DNA from: Eledone cirrhosa
Taxonomy: Eukaryota
Length of the DNA: 64,000 bases
Direction of reading: 5' to 3'
NCBI GenBank assembly: GCA_964016885.1
Contig: OZ024740.1
Span: 209,808,001 to 209,872,000 of the forward strand
Each line of letters opens with the position of its first letter. The stretch's first letter is position 1. The position numbers and the translations under genes are program-made. The notes below the pieces were generated by a model. The model saw nothing but the letters and a program-made list of their open reading frames with translations, had not been told where the DNA came from and did not search any database. Positions 39,601-51,900 of the stretch are shown here, one piece after another.

Positions 39601-40486
39601 GATGTGGTCATCTACTAGTCCAGCCTCAACATGAGACAACCTATAACCCATGCAAGCATGGGAAAAAGATGATGTGATGATGATGATGAAAGAGTGAGCT
39701 ATTTTATTAAATAACTACAAATAGTTGATTATTTTTTAAAGTAATTGAAACACATAGGCATTAGAAATATGGTAACAAACGGGTTAACAAAACAACTGGG
39801 AATGAATAATATTAAAATTTCAGCTAAATTATATAATTATATATCACACGTTGTCAGAATATGCAGGAAATATTTTTGTAAATGACAATTGATACTTAAG
39901 GCAGTGTAGAACAGTAGTAAATATTTGGTGAATTAAGTGTCCATAATTTTGTCTTTACTTAAGAAAAGCATGAATGTCACAGCTTCTAGTTTTATCTAAA
40001 GCCTTATTTAACTAAAATCACATTATATTAACTGCTCTCTTGAAAGAAAAATCCATCGTTTTTTAGTTGAATATAAAACAAACTAATTATTCAAAATACA
40101 TTGGACAACACAAGAAAGAATTTTGAATATCATAGAATTGGTTAAAAGTACATAAAAGCTGAACTGAATCCATCTTATATACAGTTACATCTATCTAGGT
40201 TACAGGAAAAATTTAGGATCTTAACTAAAAATACCAACCTCGAAAGGGGGTAATTAAGAAGCGAAACAGTTATCTTAATCTGTCATATAGAGATGAAAAA
40301 AGTCTCTTTTATAGGAACTTCTTACATGAAGCATTAAAACGTAGAAACGATCCATAACAAATCAAAATATTGGGCAATTTGACCAGCAACAGAAAATAGT
40401 TTGGGTGCATGAACATAGTAAACATAATAACATAATAGAAAACATTCACCAACCCTAAACAAAAATGACTGCTTGTATTGACAATG

Positions 40487-40517
<31 letters not shown>

Positions 40518-43500
40518 TTATGGTTGCTTGTAAATAAACTGACCTAAAAACCTGGATGTTTAGATACAATGTAGCAGTAGCCCAACCCCAAAATATCTTC
40601 ACACATTCCTTTCTGTCATAAAGACATGACATAAAAACAAAGCCATGGACAAATGTTTATTATAATAACATCCAGTTGATAACCAATGTGAATATTTGTT
40701 ACATTTGGAGACAATTTTTAGGAAGAATGTTTACAGCTGATCACGAATCTAATCTTGATTAGATATTTTGGGGCCTAAATAACAATGCTACTTACTGTGA
40801 TCACTGATACCTTTTCTATAAGAATAACCAACTGATAACATTAAACCTTTAGCATTCACATTACTCTATATTTACTATTGTATTTTCCTAATAAATGCTT
40901 TATCTCACATAATTTCAAATCTATGAGATTTCGATATTATTCATTTTGAGAACAATACCTTAACATCAGTATGTGTGGCTGGTTACAACTGGTTTGTACA
41001 GAAGAGGTGAGAGAATTCTGGCCAGATATGGCCAGTTTAAATGCTAATGGGTTAACTCTTAACATCCTGTAACGGTTTAGCAGAAAATATCTAAAAACGG
41101 GTTTGATAATTGAAATCTTTATGGTATATTTCTTTACTAGTGGATAGTTTACTAGTGGACACTTTGCAGTAAACTAGTTTACTAGTGGACACTTTGCAGT
41201 AAACTAGTTTACTAGTGGACACTTTGCAGTAAACTAGTTTACTAGTGGACACTTTGCAGTAAACTAATTTACTAGTGGACACTTTGCAGTAAACTAGTTT
41301 ACTAGTGGACACTTTGCAGTAAACTAGTTTACTAGTGGACACTTTGCAGTAAACTAATTTACTAGTGGACACTTTGCAGTAAATTAGTTTACTAGTGGAC
41401 ACTTTGCAGTAAACTAGTTTACTAGTGGACACTTTGCAGTAAACTAGTTTACTAGTGGACACTTTGCAGTAAATTAGTTTACTAGTGGACACTTTGCAGT
41501 AAACTAGTTTACTAGTGGACACTTTGCAGTAAACTAGTTTACTAGTGGAAAGTTTGCAGTAAACTAGTTTACTAGTGGACACTTTGCAGTAAACTAGTTT
41601 ACTAGTGGAAAGTTTGCAGTAAACTAAAGACTTTAATATGATAAAGTCATACTGCTGTTTTGTACTTTTCATAAATGCTTTAATAATTGTTTCTACGTTT
41701 GGCACAAGGCCAGCAATTACCCAGTGCATTACTGGTACTTTATTTTATCGACCCTGTAAGGATGAAAGGCAAAGTTAACCTTGGCAGAATTTGAACTCAG
41801 AATGGCAAGGACCGTAGCTCTCTACGTCAAAGCATGGCGTCCGCCCCTCTACCAATACTGCCAATCCACAATAATGGTTTCTGGTTTAGGCATAAGCCAA
41901 CAATTTTTGGGGAAGGGGAAAGTTGGTACTATATTTTATCAACCCTGTAAGGATGAAAGGCAAAGCTAACCTTGGCGGAATTTGAACTCAGAACGTAAAG
42001 GGCCATAACTCTATGCTGCTAAACGTGTTGTCCAACACTCTCCTGATTCTGCCAATCCATCTTCATGTGATACAGAAGGTGATGAGTCAAGCAAATATAG
42101 TTTTGAATCGACTAAATTTGAAAGCTTTGACTAGCTGATAACATTAGTGATTATAATAAGCAGCTTCCACTGTATTCAGAGTTACATCCAAGTAGTTATT
42201 GTTCTAAAATCTCCCATCCACATCCATCTTTGAAATGTACATTTATATAATAAATTCTTTATCTATATATCTAAAACAGAGAATGTCTGTCTGACTCCCT
42301 AAAACTTGAGAACCACCCAACCGATTGTTTTCAAACTTTACACATGTAATACTTATGGTCGTGTGGGTGTTTTGCGCAAAAAATATTTCAAATTTTCAAT
42401 GCCCTAGGGACCACATTAGGTGATTTAGCGATCTCTCTTTATAATTCTTAGTCTTTCTTTTTAGTTAGATACATAGATATAACGTTATAATATGTCTGGC
42501 TGTCTGCATTACGACATTATGATGTCGCTATGTGTGTGTGTAAATATGTATATATAGTGTGTGTGTATATATATATATATATATAGTGTGTAACGTTTTT
42601 CAAAATATTTACTTCTGCGTTCACAGATTGATATTTTTAGTTTCAGAAGATCCCGTTAAGGGTGAAAGCAGCGATTCTTTGCTTAAACTTTAGTCTGTTA
42701 TTTTAATATATATATATATATATATATATAATTATATATTCGTGTACAGATATTTTTGAATACACAATAACAAAATATAAACAAAAGTATTTATTTCACG
42801 AGGCTTGATAAGGATAAATATATGTCAAATATATAAGAACCCTAGAGCAAATCCCGAGCAGCGCCGGGCCATTCTGCTAGTTGATCACTAAAATTGGTAT
42901 AGTAGTAACAATGGTTTCTGATTTAAGCACAAGGCCAGTAATTTGAAGAGAAGGGAGAAAGTCAATTAAATCAACCAATGTGTTATTGGTACTTTATTTT
43001 ATCGACACCTCTAAAGATGAAAGGCAAAACTATCCTTGGTGGGATTTGAACTCAGAATGTAAAGGACTGTAACTCTATGCCGCAAAGTATGTTGTCCGAT
43101 GCTCTACTGATACTGCCATTTCATTTCCCTTTTAATGATAATAATAATAATAATAATAATAATGTTTCTTATTTAAGCACAAGGCCAGTAATTTAAAGGG
43201 AAGGGTAAAGTTGATTAAATCGACCCCATAAGGATGAAAGGCAAAGTTAACCTTGGCAGGATTTTAATTCAGAACGTAAGAGACTGTAACTATATACCAC
43301 AAAGCATGTTGTCTGACGCTCTACCAATCCACTGCCCTGGGTATAGTAGTGATAATTGTTTCTACTTGTGGCACAAGGCCAGCAATTATCTCAGTACATT
43401 ACTGGTACTTTATTTTATCGAGCCCATATGGATGAAAGGTAAAGTTAACCTGGGCGGGATTTGAACTCAGACCATAAAGGGCCATGACAATGCTGCAAAG

Positions 43501-45918
43501 TACGGCGTCTGACCCTCTACCGATACTGCCAATCTACCACCCTTCATAATGGTTTCTGATGATAATGGTTTCTGATTTAAGCACAAGCCCAGCAATTTGA
43601 AGGGAAGGGAAAAGTTGATTAAATCAACTCCATAAGTTAACTTTGGCAGGATTTTAATTCAGACCGTAAAGGACTGTAACTACATGCCACAAAGCATGTT
43701 GTCTGATGCTCTACCAATTCACTGCCCTGGGTATAGTAGTAATAACAGCAGTTATCATGCTCAATAAATATCATTAATTAAATCTAATAAATAACAAGAA
43801 TTGTATGCTGATAGATAAAATATCACAGTATATTTCCATATATGGTATAATATAATGGATCCTGCCTCAGCCTCAATTTTCCAAGTTAATCTCTTGTTAC
43901 TTGTAATTATTTTACTCATTATTTATCACAGATCCTAAATACTAGTCCAGCCCAATGTTTTATTCATGTCATATCATGCCACCTCAACTGACTAAAACAT
44001 TATTCTAAGTATGACTTGTGCAATACCAACTCTTTGCTCCCACCTCTTCTGAATTTAACCACTTACCATATTTCTAATAAAATATGCTGTATTTGAATCA
44101 ATTAATGAAGAATTTGGCGAAGTTTACTATTTCTTTATTAAGATGGTATTTGTAACAGGATAAAAAGGTTCTCATATTTAAATAGGAACCTTTTAAAATA
44201 GATGGCTTTGTTTAAAACCAAAATGCAACTCTATTCTGAAAAGATACTGATTCTAGACAAAACTCTGGTATAAATGGGCCGACTGAAAAGTTATTAATAA
44301 CTGCATTGTCTCTTTCTAGAGACTATGTTGAAAAATAAACCTCATTTGGTCATTCCATGAGAGTATCTTAGTTAGCCTATGAACTTTTCAGCCAACCATC
44401 ATACTTAACTCTGGAGCTCTTCTCTCATACCTTGAATTTTGCTGCTGTTTATTATCAAAATATGGGTGATTAATGTAGCAGAAATGGTAGATCATTAGAC
44501 CAAATGTCTTCAATTAATCATGTACTTCTATATTTTGCGTTCAAATCCCACTTGAGTATATAAAATAAATATTTGTAAGATAGATACCACAGTTCATTCA
44601 ATTAACTATACGGCTGTGATTGAAGAAGAAATTATCAAAATATGAAACAACATCAAAGAAAAAGCCATCTGTCTGGCAATGAGACTTTCTATCATAAACT
44701 CTGCTCTAACTCCAGATAACACAGTTCAAGACATGCCTATTTTTAACCCTTTTGTTACCATATTTTCTAATGAAAGACACTGCATATGATTTTCAAATAA
44801 TTTGGAAAATAATCAAAATTGTTAAGGAGTAGGTGGGGAATTAAGAAATATAACTAACATTGATATCATTGAACTGGTGTTTTGAGCATAGCCTAAAGAT
44901 TCTTACATAAAATTATGATGGAAAGTTTATAGATAAATATAAACAATTTAAAATAAACAGTTTTTTTTATCATAAAACCAGGGGTCGTTTCAAGCAGTTT
45001 GATGTCAAAAGGGTTAAGGTGGCAGAACAAGAAAGAACACTAAAGAAATTTCCCATCAAAATTGTTGTCCCCTGGGTTGAGTGAGATTCACAGAGATTAA
45101 AATATTTTAGTATTTATGAAATCCCTTGTCAAAAGCCAGTCATTAACTTTGCCTTTCATCCTTACGGGGTCGATAAAATAAAGTACCAGTAATGCACTGG
45201 GTAATTGCTGGCCTTGTGCCTAAAGTAGAAACAATTATTAAGTTAGTATTACAAACAGTGTTTTATCATCATCATCATCATCAACGTTTTTCTGCTTTTC
45301 CACACTTGCATGGGTTGGACAGATCCTTTTCAGCACAACATTTCTCCACATTCCTTTATCGTCCCTGTGACTTTCAGCTCTCAGCCCCTCTGCCCAAGTA
45401 TTCCTCTACTGCAGCTTCCCGCCACTGGGATTTCATCAAAAACAATCGTTATTAAGTTGGTGTTACAAACATATCTTAAAGTCCTTCACATTATATTATA
45501 ATTGTTTCTACTTTAGGCACAAGGCCAGCAATTACCCAGTGCATTACTGGTACTTTATTTTATCGACCCCATAAGGATGAAAGGCAAAGTCAACCTCGGC
45601 GGGATTTTATTTTATAATGGAAGGTTTATAGATAAATATAAACACTTTAAAATAAACAGTTTTGTATCATCGACAATGATGACCACCTCCACCACCACCA
45701 TCGGTGCCGGATATCTCCAATGTGTTCGATTTCCTATATATTGCAATAAGCACTGACCAATCCTTTATCCTGCACAGTAATTTCCTCCCCCAACAATGAC
45801 TTTCTATCAAACATTACTTTGTAACAATTCTTAATATCATTCACAGCAAGCCTCCCTTAGGATGCTAAAAATCTTTTCACTTAATTAAATAACAAATATG
45901 TATGTGTGTGTGTGTGCA

Positions 45919-45955
<37 letters not shown>

Positions 45956-48900
45956 GGTATGGTCTCTCTCTATATATAATATATAGGAATATATCAATGA
46001 AGAGTGAATTCTTATAGTTTTTGTAGAAAGTAATGTTTTCTATTCAGCCTTTCTATCTTTTTGATGAATGGTCTGAATATATGGACACACTGGAAGAGGA
46101 AGACCAAAGTTAACGTAACTGGTCTGTTGGAGATGCAGGACATGGCAGCGATAATGAGGGACAGGGACCGCTGGAGAGAACTCGTCAATGGATCTCGGGA
46201 ATTTTACCCCCCCCTAGATATATATATATATATAAAATGAATATCATTTTTTACAAAAACAATGTAAAAAATTATAAAGATAGGTACAAATGTATTTGGT
46301 GTCTATTTTAATATATATAAAGTTATACATTTATTTACAAGAGAGAATCAAGAATTGGCTTGATTCTCACTTGTAGGATTATTTCTATGGTGCTCTTCAG
46401 ACACATTTGGATTTCAGAACTTACAAGTAAACAATGAAATCTCTTCATTGTCATTTAACCCTTTTGATACCAGACAACCCAAGACTACTCCTGGTTTTAT
46501 GATATAATGCTGTTATTTAAAAGTATTTATATTCAATCTAAAAACCTTACATCATAATATTATGTATTAAACATTTGTTAATTTATGCTCCAAACATCAA
46601 TTTGATAATGAAAAAATTATATTATTAAGTCTCTCCAAATTCTTTATAATTTTCAAAATGATTTAAAATTCACACGCAGTATCTTTCAAGAGAAATAAGG
46701 TAATGAAAGGGTTAACTTGCTAAAGAATAGCAGCAATATCTTGCTTAGAATACACACCACCAACTTGGAAAGATAATGTAGTCCTATAAATACAATGGCT
46801 GAGAGTACTGAAAGGAAGACCTTTCATCACAGGTCAGCTTGGTCAAGTCTGATTGGGGTAAGGGAAACAGCAAAAACCTTTTAAATAAAAAATAAGGGCC
46901 ACTATAAACTACAGGTTTAAGGTAAAGTTAACATTGTTGATTATAAAAAAACAAAACCAGAAAAAACTATACATCATCATCATCATCATCATTTTTACAG
47001 ACTTTTTATGCTGACATGGGTTGGGTGGGAGTGTTAGAAGCAATGTTTTAAAGCTGGATGTTTTCCTGACACCAATCCTTTCAGTCACCTCTTACAACAT
47101 GCAGGGATACTGTGTACTTATCCTAAACCATTTACACACACCTCTATATATTCAAAATTACAAAATGGTAATTTCAATAACAAATAAAATTTAAATAACA
47201 CAAAAATAGTAATAATTAGTGAGATTATGTCTGAATATATTAAATGTAAAGCTGATACATTGTTGTTGTGGTTGTTGTTGTTGTTGTAGTGGTTGCTGCT
47301 GTTGTTGTTGTGGCTATTGTTACGGCTGTTGTTGCTGTAGTGGTTGTTGTGGTCGTTGTAGTTGTTGTAGTGGTTGTTGTTGCTGTGGCTTTTGTTGTTG
47401 TGGGCGTTGCTGTTGTGGCTATTGTTATGGTCGTTGTTGTAGCTGTTGTTGTTGTTGTTGATACTGTGGCTATTGTTGCTGTGGATTCTGTGGTTGTGGT
47501 AGTTGTTGTTGTTGTTTAGTTTCATGTCAGACCTTATTGATCATGCTTATAATGAAAAACATTCCAATTGTGACCATCCTGTCTTTATGGATAAACACTT
47601 AAATCTTGATAATAATGAGGAAACAGATGTATGGCTAATACAGTTTATATAGGTGACATTAGTATGAAACTGGTTAAACCAAAATTCCTTATATTATGTA
47701 GTATCAATGCAATCATTAAACTGAAAGATTTAAGATTGTTCAACTGAAAATTTAAAGTGTACTGTTGAAGAATTATAATTAAACCTAAAGAAAGACATCA
47801 TTTCAGAGAGATTAATTTTATCATCTAAAGCAAATGAAATGAAATTTACAGTTCACAAGTATGCAGGTTTAGCTGGCCTCTTATGAGGCAGCATCTTGCT
47901 CAAGAACAAAATGTGCCACCTGGTCCAAGAATTGAACCCACATTATGATATTGAGTTTTACACTCTAACCACTAAGCCACATGTTTTCACTGGATCTTAA
48001 GAAAGAACAAGAATCAGCTGGGGTTTTTTTTTAAATTAAAAATGACTCAGAAGCAGGGTTTATAAAACTTTATAAAATGGAATTAATTGTACTTAGACAA
48101 AAAATTCTTTATTGTCTAGGAACTTTGCCTTCAGCATCCATCACTAATCATATTAACCTTGTTGGAAGGGTGTGGTTAGTGCTGGATTAAAACTTGGAGA
48201 AGCCCTAAACTATATAAAGATTGAGCCTCCCTCATTAAAACAAATACACAAAAAGATCTCACAAAAAACTGAAAACATATGCCTTTTAATTATTTTGAGC
48301 CCTAAGTATGTGTTTATGCTTAATGGTTAATCTGGGGTGTGTGCAGTTTGAGAAAGTATTTGTTCTTAGATCAGTAGTACTGAGAAGTTATAATACACAA
48401 ATATTGTATGCTACTGGCAAGGACTCCCAAGGAAAGTTTAGTAAACAAGTAATTGAATCAAGCCAGACTAAAGACTGCAGAAATTGTGGATCATTGTATC
48501 CTAGCATTTGTCCAACATACAGTGAAAAATGTTTTAATTGTGGTAAACTGGATCATTTCAGCAAATTCTGCTGGTTAAAAAAAAAAGCACCATATTCTAT
48601 TAAGTCTGTCCTTAACATTAGGGGGATGAATGAGTCCTGAACAGTCTGAGAAAGAGGAAGTAGCTTTGAATATTAATTGCACATCATCATTGTTTTTACA
48701 TCAACATTTCCGTGCTAGTATGGGTTCGATAAAACTTTTTGAGGTAATATTTTACACCCAGATGCACATCCTGACACTAACCCTTTTAGTCACATCTTAT
48801 GACATGCAGAAATATGGTGTGCCTATTCTAAAACAGATACACACAATAATTTATATCAAATTAATTGTTAACTGAATGGAGACCCAGTTGAAATGTAATT

Positions 48901-51900
48901 GAATATTAGTGCAACCTTAGAGGGTTTAAAAAAGTCTACCAACAGAGATATAATGATCAAACAATCTTTGCTAGTGGATATTTTTATGGTCTCTGTTTAT
49001 GGGAGCAGTGCATGTCTGGTGCGATGTGTCTAAGTTCTGTGAATATGACACCTGTGTGCAGGAGGCTAAGAAAGACTGAAGGGTGGCATCATCTGTATAG
49101 GAGTGTAGTTATAAATACAAGTAAATAGGTAAAAAATATGCACACAAGGAACAATATAGGAGACATAATCAAACCTTGTGGTACATCAGAAATAGCTCTA
49201 TTAGCACACACTACAACAGAATGATCTAGAATGAGACTTTCAATCCGAGAGATAAGAGACAAATTAAGACCATAGCATAGGTACACAACTTAGCTAGAAA
49301 GTTATGTCAGAAAGGGTTAAATATTTACAAATGTTTGGGGGAGTAAGAATACTGCTTTAAACATATTTACACACATCCTTAGGTCAACTTTGCCTTTCAT
49401 CCTTTCAGGGTCAGTAAATAACATACCAGTCCTTAGTGGATTGTTGGAATTGTTAGAGTATAAGATGGGATGTCTTGCAGTATCTATACTAGTTCTGTGT
49501 GTTTTGAGTTCAATCCTGCCTCATGTCACTAGAAAATATGGTGACAGTAGGACTGAAACCCCATCATCTAAACACCCCAAAATCTTCTATGAGGTGCACT
49601 TACATAGGAGGGCAGGCTAGCTAAATGTAGCTATACATACCGATGCATACATACACCTCCATATATATACACACACACACACACAAATAGAGACATTAAA
49701 CAGCTATCGACATTAATAAACAAACAGAGGGTGGAGGATTGGCAGAATTGGTAAAGTGTCAAATAAAATGCCATTGCAGTATTTGTTCTGGCTCTTAACA
49801 TTCTGAGTTCAAATCCTGCCATAGTCAACTTTGTCTTTTATCCTTTCGAGTCTGATAAAATAGGGACCAGTCAAATACTTGGATTAATTTAAACAACTTT
49901 ACCCTTACCCTTAATTAGCTGGCCTTGTGCCTAAATTAGAAATCAACATCAATAGACAGACATAAACATTCAGACAGTTAGTTTGATAGAGATACAGAGA
50001 AGCAGAAGTAGATAGTGAGACATGAATAGAAAAGATAGAGACTAATAACCATACAAACTGACAGACTGCTATTTCATGGTTAAAAAGTTTGAATTATATA
50101 TAACTTATTACATAAAACAACCAGAACAGCAACAACAATAACAAAAAGAACTGACATAACAGGTTGTTAAGAAAATATTAATAACAATAATTAAAAAAAT
50201 TAAGGTTTATATTCTCATATAATATTTTAGTAATTTTTACCTTACTTTGATAAGAATAAGCTCAAACTCACTGCTGCTCCTTCAGTAGTGATAGCTGTTT
50301 TCCTCCTTGTTGTTGTTATTGTTTATTGTTTTTGTACATTTACTCCCACATGTCTCTACTCCAGTGTTACAGACACAACAGCTTGAATAGAACAATCCTT
50401 TACTCAAGGAGCCGACACCGACACAGTTTCATTGAAGAAAAAACTATGTCCACTGAACATCTCTTTGTTTAAGTTAGGTTGGGTCACAATTAGTAATGTA
50501 TATTTATAGCTAATGTGATATTTTGGCATGTGTGACATTACTTTTAGGTCAAGTATTTGTTAAATAGATGCAAGCCTTTATTTTCATATGCAACTCTGCT
50601 CTGGATATATGTATCATTTAACAACAAAAATAGAAGCTAATGAGATAATTGTTTCTACTTTAGGCACAAGGCCAGCAATTACCCAGTGCATTACTGGTAC
50701 TTTATTTTATCGACCCCGTAAGGATGAAAGCAAAGTCAACCTCGGCGGGACTTGAGATAATAGTAGCAAATTGTTTTCATAAAAACAACAACAGAGATAA
50801 TAATTCTTTCTGGCATTGGAACAAGGCCAGCAATTTGAAGGGAAGTAGAAAGTTGAATATATCAACCCCAGGGCTTAATTGATACTTTATTTTACTGACC
50901 TAAATCTGACCTCAGCGGGATTTGAACTCAAAATATAGAAAGTTGTAACTAAATACAGCAAAGCTTTTTGTCAATGTCCTACCAACAATAATAATGGTTT
51001 CTATTTTAGGCACAAGGCCAGCGATTTGAAGGGAAGGGAAAAGTCAATTAAATTGACCCTAGTGTATTACTGGTACTTTATTTTATTGAACCTGTAAGGA
51101 TGAAAGGCAAAGCTAACGTCGGCGGGATTTGAACTCAGAATACAAAGGGACGTAACTATATACTATAAAGCATATTGCCCGACGTTCTACTAATTCTGCC
51201 AATCCACTTCCCTAATAATAATAATAATGATTTCTGATTTAGACACAAGGCCAATAATTTGGGGAGAGGGGAAAGTCAACTAAATCAACTCCAGTGTATT
51301 AATAGTGCTTTATTTTATCGACCCCCATAAGGATGAAAGGCAAAGCTAACCTAGCAAGATTTGAACTCAGAAAGTAAAGGGGTTGTAACTATAAGCCACA
51401 AAGTATATTAATAATAATAATAATGGTTTCTACTTTAGGCACAAGGCCAGCAATTTTGGGGGAGGGAAAGTCGATTAAATCAACCCCAGTGCATTACTGG
51501 TACTTTATTTTATAGAATTAGAACACAACAGGCCTAACCTGGTGGTTTTTGACAAGGGAAAAAGATCTTGTTTGATTATAGATGGAGCTTGCTTCTTTGA
51601 CACACAAGAATACAAGAAAAGGAGAGGGAGAAAATTAACTGGTACCGGGATTTAAAGTAGGAAGTGAAAAAGATTTGGGACTGTCATGAGATTAAGGTCA
51701 TCGCCATCGTCATAGAAGCATTAGGTACTATCTTGAAGAGCTTTCAAGGCTGGTTATGGAACATTAGCCCCCCCCCCCCTTGTTGGGGGGGGGGGACACT
51801 CCAGAAGGCATGTCAACTTGAAACAGCAAGGACCCTCCAATATGGTCTTGAATATCTGAGGCTGCACGTTGCAAATATTAGGGCAAATATTTTGGTTAAA

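Noticed and set aside
41091-41729. 212-aa ORF of KLVYCKVSTS repeats; CRISPR-like palindromic repeat array
   Set aside because: ORF is a by-product of a stop-free 30-bp minisatellite fused to a SINE. Units are contiguous with no unique spacers and there are no cas genes.
47118-47525. Asn/His-rich, Cys-rich and Val-rich ORFs
   Set aside because: Different frames of one (TTG)n tract; not metallothionein- or keratin-like genes.
50241-50460. Possible alternative first exon on minus (tandem GTAAG/GTAAAA donors, unique sequence)
   Set aside because: No open frame into downstream exons and no independent support; cannot be called without transcripts.
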